The position numbers and the translations under genes are program-made. Shown piece after piece: positions 27,634-37,698 of a stretch of 64,000 nucleotides of DNA; the stretch's first letter is position 1, and each line of letters starts with the position of its first letter. The DNA is taken from contig JBOFFI010000049.1 of the NCBI GenBank assembly GCA_051648545.1, forward strand, positions 12,620-76,619. Direction: 5' to 3'. This DNA comes from Alphaproteobacteria bacterium (GTDB lineage Bacteria > Pseudomonadota > Alphaproteobacteria > Holosporales > JBOFFI01). The notes beneath the pieces were generated by a model. That model was not told the origin of the DNA. It searched no databases and worked only from the letters and a program-made list of their open reading frames with translations.

Positions 27634-28929
27634 CTACCAATGCATGTGATAAAGCAATCCGATAACGGTGCCGCTCATACAACTCGCAAGGGTTCCTGCA
27701 ATCAAAGCTTTAAAGCCAAGGGAGATAATTTCATTCCGGCGCTCTGGCACCATGCCCCCAATACCACCGATTTGAATCGCAATGCTAGCAAGGTTTGCAA
27801 AGCCACATAGCGCATACATCATGATCAAGTTTGTGGTGGGGTGGATAGGCTGATGATTTGGCGAAGAAAGCGAGATAAAAGCCGCAACTTCATTCAAAAC
27901 AGCCTTTGTCCCTAAGAGGCTACCTGCAAACACTGTTTCTGAAGCAGGAATACCCATCAACCAAGCAATGGGGGATAAAAAATATCCCATAATCAGTTGG
28001 AGCGTAATGGGGTGACCTTGAAAAAGGGGAAGGGTTCCCAAAATTTTATTGACGAGAGCAACCAGCGCTAAGGCCACCACCAACATCGCCGCGATATTAA
28101 GCATCAACCGCATGCCATCGCTTGTCCCTTGGGAAATCGCGTCCATGGAATTTGCAAAATTATAAGGAACGACGATATGTCCTGATGTCGTATCTCCCGT
28201 ATGGGGAACCATGATGCGAGACACAACGACAGCCGCAGGAATGCTGATAATCGAAGCTGTTAAAATGTGGGCAATAGGATCAACAATTGTTTTTTCCAAA
28301 ATTGTGCTGTAGAGCACCATCAAGCTCACAGAAGTTGTCGCCATGCCGGCAGTCATCACAGTAAACAGCTCACTGCGCGTAAATTGACGTAAATAAGGTT
28401 TTACAAGGAGCGGCGCCTCTGTTTGACCAAAAAAAATTTTAGCTGCAGCACAAACACCCAGGGCACCACCAACCCCCAGAATTTTTTGGAAAACCCATGA
28501 AAAGCCCTCTACGATGATAGGTAAAATACGCCAATGGAACAAAAGCATGGCAAGGGCGCTGATGACCATAATCATCGGCAGAGCTTGGAACATAAAAATG
28601 AACGTATGAGAACCTGCTTCAACCGCGAAGGGAACCTCCCCCCCTCCCAAATAGCCAAAGACGAAACTCGTACCTTCTAGCATCGATTCTTTAAGGGCGT
28701 TGACCCCTTGGGAGATCCATAAAAAAAAATCTCGAATCACTTTTATTTTAATGATAACCGCGGCAAGGGCAAACTGGGCGCCAAACCCTAGCGCCGCCGC
28801 TTTAAAATTGACCAACCGTCTGTTTTCACTTAGCAACCATCCCAAGCCTATAAAAACACAAACACCCAAAATTCCCTGAAAAACTAAAATGCTCTCATTC
28901 ATGAAGGCCTCTTTTTCTAATTTTAACAA
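27634..28929 (-). CDS. nupC: NupC/CNT-family nucleoside transporter
   Basis: The N-terminus is ILGVCVFIGLGWLLSENRR. It is polytopic and carries typical CNT motifs (GTKAVLNEVAAF, MVPERR). Confidence 0.85.
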   Translation of the reverse strand: MLKLEKEAFMNESILVFQGILGVCVFIGLGWLLSENRRLVNFKAAALGFGAQFALAAVIIKIKVIRDFFLWISQGVNALKESMLEGTSFVFGYLGGGEVPFAVEAGSHTFIFMFQALPMIMVISALAMLLFHWRILPIIVEGFSWVFQKILGVGGALGVCAAAKIFFGQTEAPLLVKPYLRQFTRSELFTVMTAGMATTSVSLMVLYSTILEKTIVDPIAHILTASIISIPAAVVVSRIMVPHTGDTTSGHIVVPYNFANSMDAISQGTSDGMRLMLNIAAMLVVALALVALVNKILGTLPLFQGHPITLQLIMGYFLSPIAWLMGIPASETVFAGSLLGTKAVLNEVAAFISLSSPNHQPIHPTTNLIMMYALCGFANLASIAIQIGGIGGMVPERRNEIISLGFKALIAGTLASCMSGTVIGLLYHMHW

Positions 28930-29059
28930 TTACAAATTTACCAAGGTCAGAAGTTACAAGACCCTCCTCCTTAAATAAACCAATTTTTTACACAGATCTA
29001 GCAAAAAGTATGTTATAGGATAAAGAAATCATTTTCCTTTGTGAAAAAAGTGGGACTTT

Positions 29060-30403
29060 ATGAACCTGGCCCTGGATTTGCCGTCCTTTTTTTTAGGTTT
29101 CTTTCTTTCAAGCTTAGGGTTTCTGGCTCTTTTACGCTTTATCTCTTCACGCTCTAGAAACAACTTAAAAACTGCAACGTCTATAGCAGTTGACGCACAG
29201 CAACAGCTGGAAACTGCACATCAACGGCTTCAAGAGAAAGAGATGCGCCTCCAAATTTTGGACGTTCATTTTAAGAAAAACCAAGAGCAATTTGAAGAGC
29301 GCCTTGCTTTTCTAAGCACCTCCCAAGAAAGCCTGGAAAAGCACCTCAAGGCCTTGTGCGGAGATGCCTTGCAGGCAAATAATCAGTCCTTTTTAACGCT
29401 GGCCCAGACGGTTTTAGAAAATTTCCAAACCAGCACTAAAGGGGCTTGGTCTCACCATCACCACGAGATAACCCAGCTGCTCACGCCCTTGTCCCACGCA
29501 CTTCAACAAGTTGATACAAAAATTCAAGCGTTAGAAAAAGCGCGTGTTGGCGCTTATGAGGGACTCCAGGCCCAAATTTACAATTTAATCCAATCTCAAC
29601 AAGATCTCCACGGCCAAACTTCTCAGCTTACCCAAGCTTTAAAATCTCCCCAAACTCGGGGACTGTGGGGAGAGATTCAGTTGAAGCGGGTGGTGGAAAT
29701 GGCAGGCATGCTCCCCTATTGTGATTTTCGTGAACAAGTTTGTCTCTCAGATGAGATGGATAAACGTCAGCGCCCCGATTTGATTGTGAATCTACCAGGA
29801 AAAAGACGGGTTATTATTGACGCAAAAGTTCCTTTAACAGCTTATTTAGAGGCTTTGGACACAAAGGACCCAAACATTCGCACAGAAAAAATGAAAGAGC
29901 ATGGCAAACAGCTTCGCCTCCATATGAAAAAATTGTCTGCAAAAGCCTATTGGGAACATCTGCAGCCATCACCAGAATTTGTGCTGCTTTTCTTGCCCAG
30001 CGAAGTTTTTTTAGGGCCTGCCCTTGAGCATGATCCAGGGCTTTTGGAATATGGCTTTGAATCTAACGTGATGCTTGCAACGCCCACAACCCTCATCACC
30101 CTCTTACGTTCCATAGCTTTTGGATGGCGAGAAGAAAAATTAGCCAAAAATGCAGAAGCCATTCGAGAGCTTGGAAAAGAGCTGTATAAGCGCCTACAGG
30201 ATATGTTACAGCATTTTTCAAACGTAGGGCGCCACCTTCAAGCCACAACCCACGCCTATAACCAAGCCGTTGGCTCTTTTGAGAGCAGGGTTCTGCCGGC
30301 GGCGCGACGTTTCCAAGAGCTTGGTGCTGTTTCCCAGGAAAACAACCTTCTGTCTATCTCACCTCTTGATTTAGAACCCAGAAAAATGACACATTCAAGC
30401 TGA
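29060..30403 (+). CDS. rmuC: DNA recombination protein RmuC
   Basis: It has an N-terminal TM helix, a long coiled coil and a C-terminal RmuC nuclease-like core (WGEIQLKRVVEMAGM...PDLIVNLPGKRRVIIDAKVPL). Confidence 0.85.
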   Translation: MNLALDLPSFFLGFFLSSLGFLALLRFISSRSRNNLKTATSIAVDAQQQLETAHQRLQEKEMRLQILDVHFKKNQEQFEERLAFLSTSQESLEKHLKALCGDALQANNQSFLTLAQTVLENFQTSTKGAWSHHHHEITQLLTPLSHALQQVDTKIQALEKARVGAYEGLQAQIYNLIQSQQDLHGQTSQLTQALKSPQTRGLWGEIQLKRVVEMAGMLPYCDFREQVCLSDEMDKRQRPDLIVNLPGKRRVIIDAKVPLTAYLEALDTKDPNIRTEKMKEHGKQLRLHMKKLSAKAYWEHLQPSPEFVLLFLPSEVFLGPALEHDPGLLEYGFESNVMLATPTTLITLLRSIAFGWREEKLAKNAEAIRELGKELYKRLQDMLQHFSNVGRHLQATTHAYNQAVGSFESRVLPAARRFQELGAVSQENNLLSISPLDLEPRKMTHSS

Positions 30404-30437
30404 TGAAGTTAAAAAATAATAAGGGGATTCGCCATCT

Positions 30438-31814
30438 ATGTTTATACCTCAACCTAGCTTTTACCGAGCACTTTTGGCGTTTTTGTCTTCTGTCTTTTTT
30501 GGAGTAGCTGAAGCAGCAGTTCAGCAAGATGTCGTACAAAAAAATCAGGGGCCGGTTGTTTTGACGATTTTCCCAGAAAATTTAAACCTTGCCCTTGTGC
30601 TTGATCGCAGGATAGTCCATTTATTAGAAGGAGATACGCGACTTTCCGTTTATCAATTCCCCAAAGATTTAATACCAGATTCTCTCGTGCTTCGTTGTTT
30701 AGACGCTGGCGACCTTGAATTTACGGAAAAGAATTTTTCGTCTAAAATGCTTACCCACGAAGGTCTGTTAGAAAAATCTGTTGGGGAACAAATCAGGATT
30801 GTCCATGTTAATACGCGAACGGGAGAACAACGCACCCTTAAAGGGCGTCTTTTAGCTATCAATGGTAAAAAAGCGTTGGTAGATCACGGGGATTACATCG
30901 CCCCTATCAATTCAGATGATATTTTTTTTGAAAAAATTCCCCTAAATTTTTCTCTTCTGCCTGTGATGCGCGTGCGAGTTAAAGCTTTCCAAGAAAAAGA
31001 CTATCGAATTGAGTTTGTTTACCTTACAAAGGGCATTACATGGGAAGCATCCTACACCATAGACATGCACCCCAAGCGCAACGAATTAAGTATGAATGGG
31101 TGGGTACATTTAAAAAATGCAAGTGATGTAGATTTTAAGAAAGCAAAAATTCAATTAGTCGCCCCTTTGGAATTGGCAAAACTTCCCTCGGATATGAATT
31201 TTCATGAGCCCAACACCTATCCCTTAAAAAATTCCATCAACCTTTACGCAGGCATGACGAAAAACGTTGCGTTTCTTTCGGTTAAAAATATCCCTGTAAC
31301 CCGCAGCTATCAGATCTATTTACCCAAAGATATCCATGTGAACCGGGCCGGAGGACTTTTGAGCTTACCTGTTCAAATTTGGCTCTCCCTTATCAATTCA
31401 TCAGCTAATGGCTTAGGAATTCCCCTACCCGCAGGGAATGTTGAAATTTATGGACGTAATCAAGAAGACAGGCCCTTTTACATTGATCAAACTAAAGTAG
31501 ACCACACGCCCGTTCAGGCCTCTCTCAGCTTTCCCCTTGGGCTTTCCTCAAAAATCAAAGCAGAGATGCAGCAAACAGATTTTCGGCAGTTAGGTGAAAA
31601 GGTTTTAGAATCTGCTTACCGTGTAGACCTAACAAACCCAACTGAAAATGCCATACCCGTGGTAGTGGTCCAGAAAGTAGAGGGAAATTGGTTACTTTCT
31701 CGAGAAAGCCACACCTCTCAATCAGATGAACGCCAAATCCGCTGGCTCTTAACAGTTCCTGGCAAACAAACCGTTTCTTTGCGTTATCGTGTTCGTCTAA
31801 CAAACTGGAAGTAA
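30438..31814 (+). CDS. Secreted DUF4139-like protein
   Basis: It has a signal peptide and the pattern ...EFVYLTKGITWEASYTIDM...LSMNGWVHLKNASDVDFKKAKIQLVA, which I recall as characteristic of DUF4139/TIGR02231 proteins. This was not verified by a search. Confidence 0.55.
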   Translation: MFIPQPSFYRALLAFLSSVFFGVAEAAVQQDVVQKNQGPVVLTIFPENLNLALVLDRRIVHLLEGDTRLSVYQFPKDLIPDSLVLRCLDAGDLEFTEKNFSSKMLTHEGLLEKSVGEQIRIVHVNTRTGEQRTLKGRLLAINGKKALVDHGDYIAPINSDDIFFEKIPLNFSLLPVMRVRVKAFQEKDYRIEFVYLTKGITWEASYTIDMHPKRNELSMNGWVHLKNASDVDFKKAKIQLVAPLELAKLPSDMNFHEPNTYPLKNSINLYAGMTKNVAFLSVKNIPVTRSYQIYLPKDIHVNRAGGLLSLPVQIWLSLINSSANGLGIPLPAGNVEIYGRNQEDRPFYIDQTKVDHTPVQASLSFPLGLSSKIKAEMQQTDFRQLGEKVLESAYRVDLTNPTENAIPVVVVQKVEGNWLLSRESHTSQSDERQIRWLLTVPGKQTVSLRYRVRLTNWK

Positions 31815-32006
31815 ATCTTTGTAAAAAAAACAAATAAAATTACATTTTATCTTTATAAAATCTTACATTTTTTTCATTTTATCTCTTTTTTAATACTTTC
31901 CATATAACCTAATCTTGTAAAGATTGTGGTGATAATAATTAAGAATAAGCATAACCTCATGATTTAATTTTTTTGATGGATTTTGAAAAAAAAGGGGGAT
32001 AATGCG

Positions 32007-32246
32007 ATGAAAAAGGCACAAAAAATTGCGTTAATTTTTTTAACTATGTTGAATATTATGAGCTCTGCGTCCGCAACCACGGACAGAAGAGGAGATGCTT
32101 TACAGCCAATTAAACCTTGGGAACGAAACTTCTATATGGAAAATAATCACACGCCAACGGGCCCCGTCCCAGATCTCAGACCGTCCAACAGGACGGGAGA
32201 GCCGCTGGGAGGCTTCAACGAAGATATTATGTTCCAGACAAAGTAG
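32007..32246 (+). CDS. Small hypothetical secreted protein (79 aa)
   Basis: ATG 32007 is preceded by AAGGGGGA, and a signal peptide KIALIFLTMLNIMSSASA follows. There is no homology clue. It overlaps the 3' end of the convergent znu gene by 20 nt. Confidence 0.35.
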   Translation: MKKAQKIALIFLTMLNIMSSASATTDRRGDALQPIKPWERNFYMENNHTPTGPVPDLRPSNRTGEPLGGFNEDIMFQTK

Positions 32247-34002
32247 AAGATACAGCAGAACCAGCAACCATACCTCTCACGAGTCGCTCTACGTTATAAC
32301 GCATCATAGCTTCGTAGGTCGATGCTGGCTCTGTGGAATAAGAAAGCGCATCTGAATAGAGTTGGCCACCTATAGTCAACTCTCCTTCTTTTGCGATTTG
32401 TTCCACCAAGCGTGGATTGGAAATATTTTCAAAAAAACAAGCTGTAATATTTGCCTGCCGCCCTTGGGAAATGAGAGAAGCCACCACTTGGGCAGAAGCC
32501 TCTCCCTCGGTGCTTAAACCCAAAGGAGATACAAAGTGAATCCCATAAGCATCCCCTAAATACCCAAATCCGTCGTGATTTGTTAGGACACGCCGGCGTT
32601 CCGGTGGCACCTCTTGAAGCATGTTATGGATCCATCGGTCCAATGCCTTCAATCGCTTGTGATAACGTTGGGCATTTTTGGAAAACTCTTTCTGGTGTGA
32701 AGAAAAAATGAGCCCAAGGCCTCGGACGATATTATCGACATAAATTTGGGCATAACGCACATTATGCCAAGCATGGGGATCTATAACTTTCTGTCCTCCT
32801 CCAGCATCTAAGCGGCGTGGAGGAACCCCGTCAGAGGTAGTGATGACAACTCCTCGATAACCGGACGCCAACAAAAGCTGTTTCATCCACCGCTCAAAGC
32901 CAAACCCATTTAAAATGACTAAATCTGCTTCTTGGATTTTTTGAACGTCTTGGGGGCGCGGCTCATAAACGTGAGCATCTGCATTAGGGCCAACCAAGCT
33001 GTCTACATGCACCCTGTCCCCTGCAATTTGGTGAACGAAGTCTTTTAAAATACTGAAGCTGACCACCACCTTTGGTTTAGGGGGGAGAGCATTTTCTGCG
33101 GAACCGCTTTGGGGAAAGCACAGAATCATTCCGGCGACAAAAACAGTTTTTAGAAAGCGGGGAAGCATCACACGTATCAACCCCAAGCCATAAAATAGAC
33201 CAGCTACCAAAACAATCGAGGGACCAGAAGGCCAAGCGAGATGGTATGAAAGCAGCAAGCCCACATAACTAGAAACACACGCAATCCCAATGGCCACAAC
33301 ACACAAATGCCAAACCTGCCGGCATAAAAGGCGGGCAGTGATGGCGGGTAACAGCAAGATGCCCAACGCCATGAGGGTTCCCAAAGCTTGGAAAGCTGCG
33401 ACCAGGTTGAGGGTGACAAGAACAAGGAATAAAAAATGAATCCAAGCTCCCTTGCCACTCATGGCTCGGAAAAATTGGGGATCAAAGCATTCTAAAACCA
33501 AGGGCCGATACATAATAGCAAACAAAATAAGGGTGATGGTTGTGACAGTTCCTAGTAACAATAAGGTCGGAGACGCGATAGAAAGCACCGTTCCAAACAA
33601 AACGTGCATGAGATCTATTTGGCTGCCATGGAGAGACATCAGCAAAACACCTAACGCCATAGAGATGAGGTAAAAACCTGCAAACGCTGCGTCTTCATTG
33701 AGAAGGGTATTGCGAGAGGCAACCCCTGCCAGCAAAGCTACAAGCAAACCAGCCACCATCCCCCCAACTGTCATGGGCAACATCGCAAAACCATAAAAGA
33801 AAAACGCGAGGGCTACCCCTGGAAGCAATCCATGGGAAAGGGCATCCCCAATAAGGCTCATGCGCCGCAGGATAAGAAAAACACCCACAGGGCCACAGCT
33901 TAACGATAGCGCGAGACAGCCCACAAGGGCCCGTTGCAAGAACAGAAAATCCGCAAATGGTTTCCAGAGAATGGTATATAAGGGTGTTAACAGATCGATC
34001 AT
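32227..34002 (-). CDS. Metal (Zn/Mn) ABC-3 permease in frame with a TroA/ZnuA-type periplasmic metal-binding protein
   Basis: Residues 1-275 form a ZnuB/MntB-like permease (LQRALVGCLAL...IGDALSHGLLPG). From Met279 (ATG 33168) comes a signal peptide MLPRFLKTVFVAGMILCFPQSGSA, followed by a ZnuA-like domain (VVVSFSILKDFVHQIAGDRVHV...HVYEPRPQD...DPHAWH). No stop codon lies between the two parts. Confidence 0.8.
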   Translation of the reverse strand: MIDLLTPLYTILWKPFADFLFLQRALVGCLALSLSCGPVGVFLILRRMSLIGDALSHGLLPGVALAFFFYGFAMLPMTVGGMVAGLLVALLAGVASRNTLLNEDAAFAGFYLISMALGVLLMSLHGSQIDLMHVLFGTVLSIASPTLLLLGTVTTITLILFAIMYRPLVLECFDPQFFRAMSGKGAWIHFLFLVLVTLNLVAAFQALGTLMALGILLLPAITARLLCRQVWHLCVVAIGIACVSSYVGLLLSYHLAWPSGPSIVLVAGLFYGLGLIRVMLPRFLKTVFVAGMILCFPQSGSAENALPPKPKVVVSFSILKDFVHQIAGDRVHVDSLVGPNADAHVYEPRPQDVQKIQEADLVILNGFGFERWMKQLLLASGYRGVVITTSDGVPPRRLDAGGGQKVIDPHAWHNVRYAQIYVDNIVRGLGLIFSSHQKEFSKNAQRYHKRLKALDRWIHNMLQEVPPERRRVLTNHDGFGYLGDAYGIHFVSPLGLSTEGEASAQVVASLISQGRQANITACFFENISNPRLVEQIAKEGELTIGGQLYSDALSYSTEPASTYEAMMRYNVERLVRGMVAGSAVSSTLSGT

Positions 34003-34014
34003 CTCTAAGGTTCT

Positions 34015-34836
34015 CTAGCTAAAGTCTCGGCAACACAGGTTTCCTTCCCAGGCCAAAGCGCTGCGCAGCGCTTCTTCCCGGCAAGAAGGCTGAAGCACCT
34101 CTTGGGTTGCGCCAAAAATAGCATAATTTCTGGCGAGCAAGAGGGCTTTAGGGAAAAAACGTTCGACCAACTCGAGGTCGTGGATAACAGCTAAAATGGT
34201 TTTCCCTTCCCCATGCCACTGATGGATAAGGCGCAAAAGGTCTTCCTGGGTTTTATAGTCAACCCCATTAAAAGGCTCATCCAAAAGCAAAAAATCACCT
34301 TGTTGCACCGCCAACCTTGCAAAAAGAACGCGCTGAAACTGTCCGCCTGAAAGCTGATCCATGGTATGGTTCGTATAATGTGAAAGGCCCACTAATTTTA
34401 ACGCGTCAAAAACACGTTCTTGGTGCTCAGCCTTCATGGGCTTGAAAGGGCCCAGCTCATGCCAAAGACCTCCTAGCACAACATCCTTAACAGTCAAGGG
34501 AAACAGGCGTTGCATCCCAGAGCGCTGGGGCAAATAGCTGATCGACTTTTTGTTAAAATTTCCTCGATTCAGGGTACCCCTCCAAAGGAGCTGATTCGGG
34601 TCTGCGAGGGTGTCGAGCAGGGTCGATTTCCCCCCCCCATTGGGGCCCACTACCGCGACCAATGAACCTGAAAGTATTTCAACGGAAAGATCTTGAATGA
34701 TGGGAACGTGTTGGCGAAAAATGGTCAATTTTTTGAGAAAAATACCAGAAATTTTGGCGTGACTTTCGCGGGCAGGAGAAGAAAAAAAGCGGCGCAACCC
34801 ACCTTGGGAACGCTTCATGCTACAAAACCCCCTCAA
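34015..34836 (-). CDS. znuC: Metal ABC transporter ATP-binding protein (ZnuC/MntA-like)
   Basis: It has Walker A GPNGGGKSTLL, the signature LSGGQFQRVLFARL and Walker B LLLDEP. It lies directly upstream of the permease/SBP gene. Confidence 0.85.
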   Translation of the reverse strand: MRGFCSMKRSQGGLRRFFSSPARESHAKISGIFLKKLTIFRQHVPIIQDLSVEILSGSLVAVVGPNGGGKSTLLDTLADPNQLLWRGTLNRGNFNKKSISYLPQRSGMQRLFPLTVKDVVLGGLWHELGPFKPMKAEHQERVFDALKLVGLSHYTNHTMDQLSGGQFQRVLFARLAVQQGDFLLLDEPFNGVDYKTQEDLLRLIHQWHGEGKTILAVIHDLELVERFFPKALLLARNYAIFGATQEVLQPSCREEALRSALAWEGNLCCRDFS

Positions 34837-34967
34837 TCGCCCACCATAAAAGGCCTAAAATTGAGAAAATTAAAGCAAGGCGCTTAAAAAGCCCCCACTC
34901 CATAAAAAGTTCTCGCTGCTTCATTTTTAACCCTATGCGCTCATGTATACAGCATCTTTGCTCTAAT

Positions 34968-34982
34968 TAAGAATCATTCTCA
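34968..34982. promoter_or_regulatory. Candidate Fur-family (Zur/Mur/Fur) operator
   Basis: TAAGAATCATTCTCA matches the 7-1-7 Fur box TGATAATNATTATCA at 11 of 14 positions. Its core AGAAT-C-ATTCT is a perfect palindrome. It lies about 130 nt upstream of znuC in the divergent intergenic region. Confidence 0.3.
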
Positions 34983-35087
34983 ATCCAGACTGTGGAGGAA
35001 AGCAGATCATTTGTCAAGCAGGGCTTGAAGCCTTTTTAAAATAGGGAATTTTTGATATAAAGGCACTGAAATTTATTATATAAAAGC

Positions 35088-35813
35088 TTGGAATGGATTC
35101 GTAAAATGGTGATTGGTGTGCCTGATCTGAAAATGCGCTTACTTGGGGCCTTAGGCCTTTTATTACCGGCAAGCTTTTGTTTGTGGAAAGGTTCTCCTTA
35201 CAATACTGTCCTAATCGGTTTGTTGTTCTTGTTGCTAGGGCTAGAGCTGAGTATGTTAGCTTGGAGGCTTCGCCTCTGGCGCAATCGAACAAACCTGTTC
35301 TTGGCTGGTTTAGGCTTTGCTTACTTAGGGTTAGCAGCGCTCTATGTTCACCAAAATCTTATTCCCTTGTGGGGAAGCCAGATTTTTCAGCCCTTTGAAA
35401 CGCCGCGCTGTTTAATCTACTTGATTGCTTTGGTTGCCTTTGCAGACATAGGAGCCTATTTTGCGGGCAGATCTTTTGGAGGGCCTCTCTTGGCGCCTCG
35501 TATCAGCCCTAAAAAAACCTGGTCTGGCTTTGCAGGAGGGATGGTCGTGGGCACCATCGCTGGCCTTCTCACCTACCCAGAACACCTCGAGATGTTTCTA
35601 TCTTTTTCCCTTGGGGTTGGAAAAACAGCTTTCTTGGTGGTGATCTCACAGCTGGGTGATTTGCTTGAATCTTCCCTCAAGCGGCATTGGAACGTTAAAG
35701 ATTCAAGCCAATTGATTCCAGGGCACGGTGGTTTTTGGGATCGGTTCGATGGACTTTTAGCAGTATTCGTTTGCCTAAGCCTTTTAAATCTGATGGGGCT
35801 AGGGCTTTTTTAG
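35088..35813 (+). CDS. cdsA: Phosphatidate cytidylyltransferase
   Basis: It has the C-terminal signature SSLKRHWNVKDSSQLIPGHGGFWDRFDGLL and is polytopic. The start is uncertain (TTG 35088 or ATG 35106). Confidence 0.85.
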   Translation: MEWIRKMVIGVPDLKMRLLGALGLLLPASFCLWKGSPYNTVLIGLLFLLLGLELSMLAWRLRLWRNRTNLFLAGLGFAYLGLAALYVHQNLIPLWGSQIFQPFETPRCLIYLIALVAFADIGAYFAGRSFGGPLLAPRISPKKTWSGFAGGMVVGTIAGLLTYPEHLEMFLSFSLGVGKTAFLVVISQLGDLLESSLKRHWNVKDSSQLIPGHGGFWDRFDGLLAVFVCLSLLNLMGLGLF

Positions 35814-35985
35814 GACTGTTTGAAAAACTTAGGAAACCGCTACTGAGACCCGCTCAAAAAAACTTGCTGCGGCTGCTTTCTTCCGAACCTGACCGGATTC
35901 ACAAGGAGAGCGTCCCCAGGCGATTTCCCTCAACCTGTATAACAAATTCCCAGCCTGATGCATAGGAAGATTTTAAAACGGCACA

Positions 35986-37545
35986 TTAAACCTCTTGTGG
36001 CACTTGATAGAAGCGCGCCAAGGGTATGCTCAACCATTTTGTAAAGACAAAGAAAAGCATAATGCCTTCTGCAACCAAGAAAAATGTTACAATAAGCCTG
36101 CTAAAAGAAGGGGTATCCAAACAGCAAATTAGCAGGCTTTGGGTTCCTTGAAGGGCCACAGCTGTAAGCGCGCAAGCCACCAGCAACCTCAAAAAAAATC
36201 TGCCGAAAGAAGCTGTCAGCCCTAGGGTTCCTCGTTTAGCTAAAATCACCGCCAATAAAATCGCGTCCACCCACGCAGCTCCAGATGTTGCAAAAGCAAT
36301 GCCTACGTGGTGCCAAACCCCCATAAGGGCAAGGCTTAGTCCAAGGTCAACGACAATGCTGCAGGCTCCCGCCAACAGGGGTATTTTCGTATCACCCTCA
36401 GCAAAAAAGCGGCTGCTCAGCACTTTCGCGATCACGTAAGCTGGCAATCCAAGGGCATAGGCCATTAACGTTTTTGATGTTTCCAGGGTGTCAGCTGCTT
36501 TAAACGCCCCATGTTCAAAAATACTTGCAACCAATGGTTTCGCAAGCAACAACAAACACAGCATGGAGGGTAAGCTAAAAAAAAGTGAGAGCTCTATGGC
36601 TGTCAATTGGCTTGTTTTGGCTTGATCAAGCTGGTTAGAGCGAATCTGTTTGGATAGCATGGGGAGCAACACAGTGCTCACCGTAACCCCAATCACGCTT
36701 AAAGGTAGCTGATTAAGACGATCTGCAAACCCTAGATAGGCGATGCTTCCAACAGGCAGCCAAGACGCAATAAACGTTCCCAAAAATAAATTAACGTTGC
36801 TGATGCCAGAGCCCAAAGCTGCAGGCCCCATTTTTAAAAAAAAGTTTTTCAAATGAGGGGTCCATTGGGGACGAACGAGCTTCAAGAAAAACCCAATTTT
36901 CCAAGCAGGGACCATCACCCAAAGCAGCTGAGCCAAACCCGAAAACCCGATGGCAAGGGCAAACACATAGCCTGGCTTTGAAACGGACGTATGCATCCCC
37001 AAAACAAACCCTACAATAAAAATATTGCCTATCAGCGGAGATGAAGCAACAGCTGCAAACCGCTCGAGAGAATTTAAAACCCCCCCATAGAGGGCTGTAA
37101 GAGAAATAAAGAGGATGAACGGGAACGTTACCCGAGTAAACTGGATCAGATAGTCCATCCGCTCCGGTGTTTTAGCAAAGCCAGGCAAAAGCGCTGGAAC
37201 GATCTCTGGTAAAAAAATCTCAACCAGCAAGACGAGTAAAACCAGAACCGTCAAAAGAAGGGTAAAGGCATGCTCCGCGAAAGTTTTGGCTTCCTCTTTT
37301 TTACCTGCGGCCAGAAGGCCAGAAAAAATAGGAACAAAACAGGCATTGAAAGCCCCTTCTGCAAATAATCTTCTAAAAAATGCAGGAAGGCGTATAGAAA
37401 GGGAAAGCGCGTCTGTAACGGCCCCAGCTCCCAAAAAAGACGCCGTGAGAAGCTCTCGAACAAACCCCCCTAAACGGCTAAGAATTGTATAGCTGCTTAC
37501 GGTAAAAATGGATCGAAAAAAAGGCATAAGATGCATCTTCTCCAA
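35986..37545 (-). CDS. murJ: Lipid II flippase MurJ (MviN)
   Basis: It is a 519-aa polytopic protein with an N-terminal SRLGGFVRELLTASFLGAG...DAL motif typical of MurJ. Confidence 0.9.
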   Translation of the reverse strand: MEKMHLMPFFRSIFTVSSYTILSRLGGFVRELLTASFLGAGAVTDALSLSIRLPAFFRRLFAEGAFNACFVPIFSGLLAAGKKEEAKTFAEHAFTLLLTVLVLLVLLVEIFLPEIVPALLPGFAKTPERMDYLIQFTRVTFPFILFISLTALYGGVLNSLERFAAVASSPLIGNIFIVGFVLGMHTSVSKPGYVFALAIGFSGLAQLLWVMVPAWKIGFFLKLVRPQWTPHLKNFFLKMGPAALGSGISNVNLFLGTFIASWLPVGSIAYLGFADRLNQLPLSVIGVTVSTVLLPMLSKQIRSNQLDQAKTSQLTAIELSLFFSLPSMLCLLLLAKPLVASIFEHGAFKAADTLETSKTLMAYALGLPAYVIAKVLSSRFFAEGDTKIPLLAGACSIVVDLGLSLALMGVWHHVGIAFATSGAAWVDAILLAVILAKRGTLGLTASFGRFFLRLLVACALTAVALQGTQSLLICCLDTPSFSRLIVTFFLVAEGIMLFFVFTKWLSIPLARFYQVPQEV

Positions 37546-37634
37546 TGGTAAATAGCCTCATTAAGAATCTATTCTATAGCCTTTGTAGAACATTTCAAGA
37601 AGACGATAGGAGAATTTTTTATCCCTAAAACATT

Positions 37635-37666
37635 AAAAAAGCCTCTGATACACCAGAGGCTTTTTT
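37635..37666 (-). terminator. Bidirectional Rho-independent terminator downstream of the tlc gene
   Basis: The stem GCCTCTG (37641-37647) pairs with CAGAGGC (37654-37660) around a 6-nt loop. It is flanked by an A6 run upstream and a T6 run downstream. Confidence 0.65.
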
Positions 37667-37698
37667 AAATTTGAAAATACAGCAACCATGAGAAGAAG

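Noticed and set aside
31815-31990. An AT-rich stretch with repeated ATTTTATCT motifs downstream of the DUF4139 gene, considered as a possible repeat element or origin-like region.
   Set aside because: It has only two short imperfect copies, no DnaA-box-like 9-mers and no flanking replication genes. It is most simply a promoter/terminator spacer.
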